Virus record (IMG/VR): IMGVR_UViG_3300044657_000181
Coordinates: 1 to 36,934 of that record
DNA length: 36,934 bases
Source: a virus
Lineage: Duplodnaviria; Caudoviricetes
Strand: one strand, 5' to 3'
A program made the translations under genes and the position numbers. Below the pieces are notes generated by a model. It was not told the DNA's origin, did no database searches, and saw only the letters and a program-made list of their open reading frames with translations. Of this stretch, positions 6,985 through 16,598 are shown piece by piece; position 1 is the first letter of the stretch; each line of letters opens with the position of its first letter.

Positions 6985-9606
6985 CTATATTACAATTTCG
7001 GTGGACTCTGGTATTATAGTGACTTCCATTACTTGCTCACTTGTGGTCGGGTTGTACTCTAGACTCCCGCCTACTTTAATATCGAATGCAGTTGGTTGAG
7101 AGGTGTGTCCTAGAACCTTCCAATATGTGTTAACCACTCCCGAGAAACCTGCGGGTAAATCTACATATAATGTTGGTATCTCCCCTACCTTAAGTATATT
7201 AGTACCATCTGCGGTTATGTACCCTTGTGATCCTCTATAGGATGTACCACCATTAATAGATACTTGAAAGTCAGCACCTACGCGTATTGGGTAGTTTGAA
7301 CCTGACCCACTCCCGTTAACTGCTAAGTTTGTGAACTTCAACACCCGCGCGAATGGTTTACTTGTTATAGTAAAATCTACTGTATTAACAATCGCCCCAT
7401 GAGCAGTTCCCGCAGTAACAGTTACTTTAGGACAAGGTACAAGAGTACCACTAGAACTCCGTCCATCAGCGCCGTCATTACCCACGTTACCTATAGGTCC
7501 TTGGTCGCCTATTGGACCTTGTAGCCCAGTAGGACCTACTGCACCTTGCTCACCTCTGGCACCTGTAGCACCTGTTGGTCCTTGAGGTCCTTGTGGCCCT
7601 GTAGCACCCGTGTTACCTTGTGGTCCTTGATTACCAGTCGGTCCTTGTTCACCCTCTGGTCCTTGTATACCAATTGGTCCACGGTCTCCAGTAGCACCTT
7701 TCTGCCCTTGTGGACCTACTTCACCTTGCGCACCTTGTGGACCTACTATACCCGTTGGCCCTTGTGGTCCCTCTGGTCCCTCTGGTCCAGTGTTACCTTG
7801 TACACCTTGTGGACCTTGTGGACCAACTGCACCACGTGCACCTGTTGGACCTGTAAGACCTATAGAACCTTGTGGCCCTACATCACCTGTAGCACCTTGT
7901 GGTCCTACTGGCCCTGCGGAACCTTGTACACCTTGTGGCCCTTGTTCACCTACTGGCCCTTCTGCACCCTGTGGACCAACTGTACCTTGAACACCTTGTG
8001 GCCCTTGGTCCCCACGTGGCCCTCTACCAAATGGTATAGCTGGCGACCAGTCTGCCGTTGTCGCTGACTGCTTGATGAAGATAGAACCATAACCTGTGGC
8101 TATAGAGAATTCACGCACTACTATATTAGCACCATCGAAAGGTGGTTCTATAAACTCAATAGTGTATGTCTCTGGTGGTCCATCTACTACATTAACGTTA
8201 TAATTATCTATACCCTGTGGTACACCACCTACTAGTATAACTAGAGATTGTGGTCCATCGGGTATAAATGACAGCATGTAATCAGTTGTAGAACCATCAC
8301 CTGTAAATCTGTTTTGGTTAGGTGTTTCGTTTGCAGTTACACTGTAATCTGTAGCATAGTAAACGAAATCTTCTAACTCGTTATCGAATGCAGCACGTTC
8401 AGCTAATGTACCTGTCTCATCAATAGCGAAAGACTCACCGTCGTTACCAGTTAAACCCTGTGGGCCTGCTGGGCCTTGTATACCTTGCGGTCCTACACTA
8501 CCTTGTGCACCTTTAGGTCCTACTGGACCTACTAAACCTTGTTCACCTTGAATACCTTGGGGGCCTGTAGGGCCTGTTTGCCCTTGTGGGCCTGTATCAC
8601 CTACATCCCCAGTTGGACCTAACGGGCCCTCTATACCTTGTGGACCTACTGGGCCCTCTGGTCCCATTGCACCTTGTGGACCTGTTGGACCTGTAGGGCC
8701 GGTTACACCTTGGGGACCTTGCGGTCCTTGTGCACCTGTTTCACCTTTGATACCCGCTGGGCCTGTGTCACCAATAGCACCTTGGATACCTTGTTGACCT
8801 TGGTTCCCTTTCGGACCTTGTAAACCTTGCTCACCTTTAGCACCTGCTGTACCTTGTACACCCTGTGGGCCTTGCGGGCCTTGTGGACCTACCCCTGATA
8901 CTAAGTCCCATTTACCTGTCTCTGGGTCATTATTGTTGTTGTAGTAGATGTATAGACCTTGAGTAAAGTCTACACCATCGTAATAGAATAATGTTCCGTC
9001 GTCTTCCGTAGATGGTAACACAACACCATGACCTGCGTAATCGTCACGAAATTGTGTGTATAGGTTTGTTGTATTGTATTCTGACAACTCAGCAGCTTCC
9101 GCAGCACCTTCTGCTCTTTCTACTAACACTAAAGCACCTTGTTCATCTAACACAAATTGCTTCATCTGTTCGAAAGGTACTGCATCTCTAGGGTCTACTG
9201 CATCAGCTAGATTAATAATCCGGTTATTAAGCATGTCTAATACAGTGTTTACTAGGAAGTTCCCGCTAGGATCTACCCAACCGTCTTGTATCTCTTCTAG
9301 AATCATTAACGCTTGGGCGTAGGAGTCATCTATATTATCCTCACGGATTATAGCTCCTTCCTCGTAGTCGTTAATAGGCTCGTCTCTAGGTATAACCCTT
9401 CGTATATAGAATGGTGTCCCATTAGGTACTGGGTTATCTAATAGTATCTGAGTGTTGTTAATCCATGTGTACCCTAGCTGATCTTGATAATCACCTTTAT
9501 TTAGATACACGTATACGAAGTCTTTTCTTAGGTATCCGAGATTGAAATCTACATCGTATACTGTAGTTGTCCCATCACCTGTTTTGTCTAATCGCGTTAA
9601 AGCCAT
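6985..9606 (-). CDS. Tail fibre with T7 gp17-like N-terminal anchor and two collagen-like (Gly-X-Y) tracts
   Basis: N-terminus [24 protein letters not shown]...IRRVIP...DYEEGA...[12 protein letters not shown] matches the T7-type fibre anchor; two long GXY runs; follows the internal virion genes. Confidence 0.92.
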   Translation of the reverse strand: MALTRLDKTGDGTTTVYDVDFNLGYLRKDFVYVYLNKGDYQDQLGYTWINNTQILLDNPVPNGTPFYIRRVIPRDEPINDYEEGAIIREDNIDDSYAQALMILEEIQDGWVDPSGNFLVNTVLDMLNNRIINLADAVDPRDAVPFEQMKQFVLDEQGALVLVERAEGAAEAAELSEYNTTNLYTQFRDDYAGHGVVLPSTEDDGTLFYYDGVDFTQGLYIYYNNNNDPETGKWDLVSGVGPQGPQGPQGVQGTAGAKGEQGLQGPKGNQGQQGIQGAIGDTGPAGIKGETGAQGPQGPQGVTGPTGPTGPQGAMGPEGPVGPQGIEGPLGPTGDVGDTGPQGQTGPTGPQGIQGEQGLVGPVGPKGAQGSVGPQGIQGPAGPQGLTGNDGESFAIDETGTLAERAAFDNELEDFVYYATDYSVTANETPNQNRFTGDGSTTDYMLSFIPDGPQSLVILVGGVPQGIDNYNVNVVDGPPETYTIEFIEPPFDGANIVVREFSIATGYGSIFIKQSATTADWSPAIPFGRGPRGDQGPQGVQGTVGPQGAEGPVGEQGPQGVQGSAGPVGPQGATGDVGPQGSIGLTGPTGARGAVGPQGPQGVQGNTGPEGPEGPQGPTGIVGPQGAQGEVGPQGQKGATGDRGPIGIQGPEGEQGPTGNQGPQGNTGATGPQGPQGPTGATGARGEQGAVGPTGLQGPIGDQGPIGNVGNDGADGRSSSGTLVPCPKVTVTAGTAHGAIVNTVDFTITSKPFARVLKFTNLAVNGSGSGSNYPIRVGADFQVSINGGTSYRGSQGYITADGTNILKVGEIPTLYVDLPAGFSGVVNTYWKVLGHTSQPTAFDIKVGGSLEYNPTTSEQVMEVTIIPESTEIVI
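7456..8022 (-). repeat. Collagen-like tract 2, 63 uninterrupted Gly-X-Y triplets
   Basis: Counted from GPR to GRS in the translation; 9-nt periodicity in the DNA. Confidence 0.95.
8431..8889 (-). repeat. Collagen-like tract 1, 51 uninterrupted Gly-X-Y triplets
   Basis: Counted from GPQ to GES in the translation. Confidence 0.95.
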
Positions 9607-9631
9607 TATTGTTCCTTATAAGGTTATTCTA

Positions 9632-12600
9632 CTAATTCTGTTCTACATTACGTATAACTGCATTAGCTACTTCATTTACTAATGGGAGGGTATTCAATGG
9701 TACTGCCTTCTTAATAGCTGTAGGGTCGCCATCTAACACATTATAAGCGTTATCTAGACCTGACACTATCGGTACTTCCCTAGCACCTTCCCATAAGGCT
9801 TCTAGACCATCTTTTTCTTGGGCTGTTTTAGACCAACTTTGACTTAGTGAATAAGCATCTCCCATGATACCTAAGTTACTCACATAGTTCCATGGCTTAG
9901 CTCTATCTAACGTAGGGTTCTCCCACTCTGAGTCTGATATAACTGTGTACACTCCAATACCTAATGCTACTTTAGCATATCTAGTTAGACCTGCTGTCAT
10001 AGAATTTAGTACTGTACCTAATACAGCCTCTCTATCAGCAAACTGTAAGTTACGCTGTGCACCTTTTGACATGAACGCTAGCGGTGTTCTACGAAACTGC
10101 ATTATAGCCTGCCATATAGGCTTGTTCATAAATACAGGTAACTCACCCGACATCACTCTAGGCATTAGTTGAGCCTCTTCCCTGTTCATAGCATATACGA
10201 ACTCGTCTAGTGCATCTTTATCCCACGCATCAAACTTGAAGTCTGTAGGGAATCCGTCTTCATCAAACTCAACGTGTTTACGAATAGCTTCAAATGCTTT
10301 TCCATCTTCTGTTAAACCTAAATCAGCTAGTCTTTCTGTAGTAGATGTGCCCTTGTTAAACTTCGCTGTTCTCGCTATGTCTACTGAGAACGAGGCTTGT
10401 AGGAGTCTAGATTGTGCTTTCTGTATAGCGTTAACACCAGACAATGAACCTAACATTCTACCAAACTGTGCTTTATACGCACCTAGTGTTACTTTATCTA
10501 CGGCGTCAATAGATGCTGCACGTAAATCTGATAGTTCGTCAACTTGAGCTTGGTCAATGTTGTTTACAGAGTATCTGTTTATATACTCCATATTATCATT
10601 TACTGCTGCTATAGACCTTACCTGATGTAGTACACCTTTATCGTCCATACTTTCGCCAGCCATAGCCCATATCTTCTTAGCTACTGCTGGTTGAGACATG
10701 TAGTTAACTATTAGCCTCTGAGCCATTGTTCCTGTCTCTGCTAATTGAGCTACTCCAATACCACCCATTTGTTGTACTGTCACTAAATCCATCATAGCCC
10801 GCATTTCAGGAGCCATACCTTGCCGCGTAGGGCGACCGTACAGTAAATCTCTGGCATCCTGCACCAATAATTTATCTTTTTCATCCGATGGTGTTAGGAA
10901 TTTTTCGAAATCACCCTCGGACCGTATAAGCCCATTGGTGGCCTTTGAAATACCAATATCTGCGGCTGCTCGTTGTGTATAGCTATCCATTACAGTTGGT
11001 AAGTCTGTATCTATCAAATCTAACATTGATAGTCCATTCTTCTCTACTGTAAAGTCTAGAGGTATACGTGATTTACCACGACCTGATATACCTGCACCAG
11101 TGTCAGTATGTTCCATCGAGTCACCTAAACCATTAATCCAGTTAAACTGTTTCTCGGCTAACTCACTCGTTGATTGATTGTCAGCTATCTTACCCGCTCG
11201 TTTAGCCGACTCAATAGACTCTGTTAACAAATCTATTACATGTCGCTTACCGAACTTCTTAACAATCTGCTCTACTTTCACCTTCTTCCATACATGAGGT
11301 AAGTAATGCTTTATTCTTCGTTTAGCATCAAAACCTTTTACATTAGCGTTGACTCTACCTTCAAATAATTCATCGTTATTCTTATCTATCTGTCTTAGAT
11401 AATCATCTAAATACTCGTCAGGTTCTACTTTGTAGCCCATGTTTAGTTTCTCTTGTCTAAGCATAGCAGCTCTGTGGAACGCTTGTGCATCCTGATTGAC
11501 TTTACCGCCTTCCCAAGCAGCCTTAAACCTCTTATATCTACTACCACCTTGTTGCATTACCCATCCTTTAATATTACGATGATATGCTTCATTATGGTTC
11601 CCTGTAGTCCGAGTGTATATAGAATCCTTAATGAGGGCTGCTGTAGAGTTACGTTTTACTTTACCTGATACACCTGCTCCTGATTCTAATATATTAGAAC
11701 CTATGTAAGACATTATATTATCCTTACTTAGGATTAGTTTAGATGCGAACTCTTGCATTCCTATACGATTACCTAACCAGCGATGTACTTTAGCAAATAC
11801 GTTATGTTTACTATTGATGTCTTCTATCTTAGGTCGAACTACTTCTTCCTGATACTTTAACATCTGTTCTACATTACTAGCTTGCCACTCTAATTCATCT
11901 GCCTCAATGTCTTCGGGTGTACGAGTATCTACAGCTGATGGTTCACCACCTTCACTAACATCCACCTTAGGTGCTGGTTTTACAGTAGGTTGATAATCAT
12001 CTACTTCTATATCATATAGAGGTGTATCTACTTTACCTGTAGCTAATTGTGATTTCACTTCTTCCTGCATCTCGCCTAAGCGTACTTGACTAGATTTGGT
12101 ATACTCGTTAAAAGCTTTAGCCTCTTCAAACGCTTGGTTTTCTTCTTCACGTTGTCGAAATGCCTCTTCTTCTTGTTTAGCTATATCTTCTGGAGTAGGT
12201 TCTTTTTTACCTCTCCAAGGAGTAGGTACGTAATCAATATCCTCTACACCTTCACCAAGTGATTTACGCTTGGCTCTTTTACCAAACGATCTTACAGCGG
12301 TCTCACCTATAGCAAATATAGAACCAAACGCTGCACCATAGCCTGTGTCAGTAGCCCATATATTTAGTAACTCTTCATTAGTAAAGTCCCTATAGTTGTT
12401 AGCTGTGTAAATTAAAGACTCAGTTAAACCTGTTGTACCACCTACAGCGGATGCAGTCATTGCACTCCGAACTAAGGGACTAGATACTTTAGAGAAAGCT
12501 ACACTAGCACCTTTTGCTGTTAACTGAGCTACTTTACCACCTGCAACCCAAGATGTTGGGTCTACTAGATATGGAGCTGCTTCGTTTACTAGCATAGAGG

Positions 12601-13675
12601 CTAAGTATTTTACACCTTTCTTCTTTTCTATAGCTTGAGATTGTTCATTAGTTTCTCTATTGATAAGCTCTGTACCACCTACTTCTGTAGCAGCTAGGAA
12701 CCCATCACTCTCAAACTTATCGTACATCTTCGCTGCTACATCAGGAGCTATATCATTCTCTTGTATATAAAGGTTTAAATCTTCTTCTGTAGTACCTTCT
12801 GACATATCACGCATGATGGAGCTTACATTCAGACGGTCTTTGTTGGCACTTCCAGAGAATTGCTGATTAACAGAGTTCTTTAGTATTCCCCACATAGAAG
12901 TATCTACACTAGGACTTACATCCATAGTATGTGTTCTATTCTGGCGTATTAAGTTGGCCTTTGTGTAAGGGTCACTCCAAGCTGCTAACATAGTAGCACC
13001 TATATTTGAGCCTCTTGCTACTTCGTACCAACTCCGTTTCTGAGCTGCTGATAACTTCGCGTTATCTTTGAATAACTCCTTAGCTACTGCTAAAGCTTCT
13101 TCTTTGTTTACCACACCCTCTACAGCATCCGCTATATGGGTCTTAAAAGACTTTCGTAATAACTCAATCTTAGTGTATTCTTCGTCTGAGATTATAGTAG
13201 AAGGTTCTACACCTGATTCCAGTAACTCATAGGCCTCTACATTAGTGGATTGAGTCTTACCTGCGTACCATTTATATCGTTCATCTTCTACACTACCTGC
13301 ATCGTCGAAACCATATTTTCCCCAGTTATCTGATACACCTGCTTCATACAGTACATGTCTCCAATCAACACCTTCGACTTCTAATGTACCTAATCGTCTA
13401 CGGAATACGTCTATAGTATCGGAGTTCACATTAGCAGTACCCTCACCGAAGATACCCATTAACCCATCACGAAAGTATTCTGCGTCTTTTCCTGTTCCTA
13501 TCTCCGTACCATCCACACCAGAAATACGAAGAGGGTATGTACCCCCTCCGCTTCTAATCTTCGGTGTGTCTACATCGTACGAATCAGGACTTATAGTCTC
13601 AGTTTCCTCGACCTTAATCCCAGAAGGGTCTTGGTCTAATGGAGTCTGAGCCTCTTTTCCATTCATCATAGCCAT
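9632..13675 (-). CDS. Internal virion (ejection) protein at the T7 gp16 position, with an N-terminal SNase-like domain
   Basis: 1347 aa, largest ORF, last of three genes between tail tubular B and the tail fibre; hydrophobic Gly/Ala-rich helices around aa 355-460; SNase-like motifs at aa 34-115. Confidence 0.85.
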   Translation of the reverse strand: MAMMNGKEAQTPLDQDPSGIKVEETETISPDSYDVDTPKIRSGGGTYPLRISGVDGTEIGTGKDAEYFRDGLMGIFGEGTANVNSDTIDVFRRRLGTLEVEGVDWRHVLYEAGVSDNWGKYGFDDAGSVEDERYKWYAGKTQSTNVEAYELLESGVEPSTIISDEEYTKIELLRKSFKTHIADAVEGVVNKEEALAVAKELFKDNAKLSAAQKRSWYEVARGSNIGATMLAAWSDPYTKANLIRQNRTHTMDVSPSVDTSMWGILKNSVNQQFSGSANKDRLNVSSIMRDMSEGTTEEDLNLYIQENDIAPDVAAKMYDKFESDGFLAATEVGGTELINRETNEQSQAIEKKKGVKYLASMLVNEAAPYLVDPTSWVAGGKVAQLTAKGASVAFSKVSSPLVRSAMTASAVGGTTGLTESLIYTANNYRDFTNEELLNIWATDTGYGAAFGSIFAIGETAVRSFGKRAKRKSLGEGVEDIDYVPTPWRGKKEPTPEDIAKQEEEAFRQREEENQAFEEAKAFNEYTKSSQVRLGEMQEEVKSQLATGKVDTPLYDIEVDDYQPTVKPAPKVDVSEGGEPSAVDTRTPEDIEADELEWQASNVEQMLKYQEEVVRPKIEDINSKHNVFAKVHRWLGNRIGMQEFASKLILSKDNIMSYIGSNILESGAGVSGKVKRNSTAALIKDSIYTRTTGNHNEAYHRNIKGWVMQQGGSRYKRFKAAWEGGKVNQDAQAFHRAAMLRQEKLNMGYKVEPDEYLDDYLRQIDKNNDELFEGRVNANVKGFDAKRRIKHYLPHVWKKVKVEQIVKKFGKRHVIDLLTESIESAKRAGKIADNQSTSELAEKQFNWINGLGDSMEHTDTGAGISGRGKSRIPLDFTVEKNGLSMLDLIDTDLPTVMDSYTQRAAADIGISKATNGLIRSEGDFEKFLTPSDEKDKLLVQDARDLLYGRPTRQGMAPEMRAMMDLVTVQQMGGIGVAQLAETGTMAQRLIVNYMSQPAVAKKIWAMAGESMDDKGVLHQVRSIAAVNDNMEYINRYSVNNIDQAQVDELSDLRAASIDAVDKVTLGAYKAQFGRMLGSLSGVNAIQKAQSRLLQASFSVDIARTAKFNKGTSTTERLADLGLTEDGKAFEAIRKHVEFDEDGFPTDFKFDAWDKDALDEFVYAMNREEAQLMPRVMSGELPVFMNKPIWQAIMQFRRTPLAFMSKGAQRNLQFADREAVLGTVLNSMTAGLTRYAKVALGIGVYTVISDSEWENPTLDRAKPWNYVSNLGIMGDAYSLSQSWSKTAQEKDGLEALWEGAREVPIVSGLDNAYNVLDGDPTAIKKAVPLNTLPLVNEVANAVIRNVEQN

Positions 13676-16025
13676 TTAGCTCTGCCTCTAATTCTGGACG
13701 TTGTATCATACCTACACGTCCGTTCAGTTCTATACGTATACCACCTTGAAATATAGAAAGTTGAGCGTTAGGGACTTGTTCGATACCTCTTATCTCGTTA
13801 CCAAACGCGTCTACGCTACCACCTACTATTTCTTTCAGTACCCTTTGGAACCCTGTTTTGTACATACTACCAGTTTTGTATGTCTTACCTAAAATCCGCA
13901 CTGCGTCTTCTAGATTACGACCACCCAATGACTCAAAAGAACCCCCATAGCGTATAGTACGGTTGTCTACTCTTGTGTTTATACCGTTAGCAAAAGTCTG
14001 TGCTGCTTGAAATGCTACTTTCTCACCTAATGGTAAATGTTTAACGTACTCTGTGTATACAGAGTTTTGTACATCACTTTCTGCACTCACCACCCCTAGG
14101 CTTTGTAGTAATACTTCGCTACTCTTTCGATTAGCAACCTTGACATCAGTCGCCGATACTATCTTATCTAACTGACGGACAGATTCAGCTACTCCCATTT
14201 TCATCTTAATAGCATTCTGCATGTGAGCTATTTGTACTCGCTCGTCGGCAGTAGTTGCTGCAACGAATAGTGGTGCTGCTCTATCCTTTAAAGTTTCTAA
14301 GGCTGTAGCGTTACTTACTTGCTCACTAGTGAACGTATTATCTTCTGTAAACTTGCCACGTAAATTAACAGCTAAGTTCTTCACAGCCGTCACTACCTCC
14401 TCTGATTCAGGTAAGTAGTTTATGAAACCTGCGGAACCTCTCAATACTTGGTCTACGTTTACAGGGCTACCAAATATACCTTCTAACTTATCTATAGTAG
14501 ATATGTCTTTGTCAGGGTTAATCTGGTTCACTACTGAGTCGATAGCACCTTTCAAGTGTGCTTTCTTAGCTTTAGTTTCTACCTTAGTAAACCCACCGCC
14601 TGTTATCAAGGATTGCACACCTTCCACTAAATCTTTAGCTTCTTGGTCTGCTTTCGCTTGGGCAGCGTTTTCCTTCTTTAGTCTAGCCTCTTCCTCAGAA
14701 GTCCACTTTTCTAGTTGTTTCTGATTACGCTCGAACTGGTCTATTAACTCACTTCGTACTTCATCAGGTAAGTTAGGGTCTTCTAGCTTGATGACTAAAT
14801 CATCTTGTCTATCAGTTAAAATAGTCCGCCGTTTATCAGGACTAGCTTTATACATAGTGTATACGAACTCTTTATCGTCTAACACAATGTTGGACTTCTG
14901 TTCTACTACACCTGTTCTTACAGCGTCTTGTAACTGCTTCTTGTACTGATTCACCAGTTTACCACGATATCTATCAGCACCAGCTACCGTCTTAAGATGT
15001 TTATAAGTCTTTGTATCGCGAGCTGCTACTAAAGTTCTAGCAGACGCATACTGCTGTCTCGCAGCTGCTACTACATTAGGGTCCGTAGAAGTTTCTATAG
15101 CTGCCTCGTATCTTAGTCGTTCAGCTTCTAGCATATCGAAGTTATCAGTATCTATAATACCTCTAACTGTCTCGTACTGATTTCTCTCTTTTGCATCAAA
15201 TGAAGATACTAAACCTGACTCATTTAATAGTTTAAATGCTGAGTAGTCGTGCGCTCTTATAGCTGTAAACGCTTCATTTACTATTGTCTGTCTAGCAGCA
15301 AAGGTACTCATGCCTTTAGGTATATACTCACCTGCAAATAACTTAGAACCTATCTCAGCTGCTTTGTCTGGATTAGTGTTCATCATTTGCTTGTATTTAC
15401 TAAGGGTTGTTTGAAAACCCTCTGCTACTGTTCGTCTCGCTTTCTCTAACTCTCTCACTTTGTATAGTTTAAGATGGTCTTTAGTTAGTTCATTGGAGTT
15501 ATCTTTCCAATTCTCCATGAAAGCGAAAGCAGCGTCAGGAGCTTCTTTGAAGTTCTCAAGATTATAGTTAGTTATCTTATCCGACATATACTTCTGATAC
15601 TGTTCAGGAGGCATATCTGCGCCTTCACCTTCTATGAATGCGGCTTCTTCTACATACATAGAATCCGCTGCGTTCTTAGCAGATGCGTGGAGTGAACCTA
15701 GATACTCTGGAGTTTGACCACCATAGATTATCTCAGTAAATCCTGTGTTCTTACTATCTTTTTGGAACTCTGTCTGACCTTGTTTAAAACCTTGTTCATG
15801 GTAAGCTTTCTGATAACGCTGCTGCATCTCAGTATCGCGTTTTTCACCCATGAATGAACTTAACGCGTTTCCTAGTGTGCTACTAGCTTGATTAATATTC
15901 TGAGCTGTTATAGCAGCATTGTTGTTATTATGCTGTGCTATAGTTGCTGTACGTACAGCGTGTTTCTTTGTGGGAGCAACATCCATAGCTGCTCCCGCGT
16001 TTGCATCCGCAATTGGACTACGCAT
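13614..16025 (-). CDS. Internal virion (ejection) protein at the T7 gp15 position
   Basis: 803 aa, predominantly helical; synteny; AAGGA RBS. Confidence 0.75.
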   Translation of the reverse strand: MRSPIADANAGAAMDVAPTKKHAVRTATIAQHNNNNAAITAQNINQASSTLGNALSSFMGEKRDTEMQQRYQKAYHEQGFKQGQTEFQKDSKNTGFTEIIYGGQTPEYLGSLHASAKNAADSMYVEEAAFIEGEGADMPPEQYQKYMSDKITNYNLENFKEAPDAAFAFMENWKDNSNELTKDHLKLYKVRELEKARRTVAEGFQTTLSKYKQMMNTNPDKAAEIGSKLFAGEYIPKGMSTFAARQTIVNEAFTAIRAHDYSAFKLLNESGLVSSFDAKERNQYETVRGIIDTDNFDMLEAERLRYEAAIETSTDPNVVAAARQQYASARTLVAARDTKTYKHLKTVAGADRYRGKLVNQYKKQLQDAVRTGVVEQKSNIVLDDKEFVYTMYKASPDKRRTILTDRQDDLVIKLEDPNLPDEVRSELIDQFERNQKQLEKWTSEEEARLKKENAAQAKADQEAKDLVEGVQSLITGGGFTKVETKAKKAHLKGAIDSVVNQINPDKDISTIDKLEGIFGSPVNVDQVLRGSAGFINYLPESEEVVTAVKNLAVNLRGKFTEDNTFTSEQVSNATALETLKDRAAPLFVAATTADERVQIAHMQNAIKMKMGVAESVRQLDKIVSATDVKVANRKSSEVLLQSLGVVSAESDVQNSVYTEYVKHLPLGEKVAFQAAQTFANGINTRVDNRTIRYGGSFESLGGRNLEDAVRILGKTYKTGSMYKTGFQRVLKEIVGGSVDAFGNEIRGIEQVPNAQLSIFQGGIRIELNGRVGMIQRPELEAELNGYDEWKRGSDSIRPRPFWD

Positions 16026-16037
16026 GTTGCTTCCTTA

Positions 16038-16598
16038 TTACTCTGGTAAAAGTATGTCACCTGATGACTCTGACCCGAACAGATTGTCAAACCCTTCTAC
16101 AAACTCATCACCTTGTGTTGCTATCATAGGTGCTAAGTTATTCACTATACTAGACGCAATACTACCACCTTGAACAGATACATTATCCATAGCCAACATA
16201 GTTGACTGTGATTGGTATATGCTTGATAGTTGTTGCTCTATCTGCTGTTTAGCTGATTGTCTATTGTTCTGTTTAGCTAATGAAGAGTTAAGCTCTGTCT
16301 GATAAATTGAATTATCCAACGACTGGCCTTCTGTACCTGTTACGGCTGCGGCCACTTTAGCTTGCGCTTCTGCTCTATCTTGTTGCATAGCTATAACTCT
16401 ATCCGTATTAATACGATCTTGTGTTACAGCTGCTATATTAGCCTCTGCTGCTACCTTCTGGTTAGCTGCATTGTGCATACCTTGATAACTAGCATAGAAC
16501 TTACCATATGCTGCTTCATACGCAGCTTTAGCACTAGCACCAGTCATCATATCTGCTGCCCCTATTAAGGCTTGTGCATATCCTGCTGAACTTGCCAT
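16038..16598 (-). CDS. Internal virion (ejection) protein at the T7 gp14 position
   Basis: 186 aa, Ala/Gln-rich, with the AQAKVAAAVTGTEGQSLD motif typical of gp14-like proteins; follows tail tubular B. Confidence 0.8.
   Translation of the reverse strand: MASSAGYAQALIGAADMMTGASAKAAYEAAYGKFYASYQGMHNAANQKVAAEANIAAVTQDRINTDRVIAMQQDRAEAQAKVAAAVTGTEGQSLDNSIYQTELNSSLAKQNNRQSAKQQIEQQLSSIYQSQSTMLAMDNVSVQGGSIASSIVNNLAPMIATQGDEFVEGFDNLFGSESSGDILLPE

Noticed and set aside
7546-8823. Plus-strand Cys/Trp/Pro-rich ORFs (173, 66 and 61 aa)
   Set aside because: Antisense shadows of the collagen 9-nt repeat.
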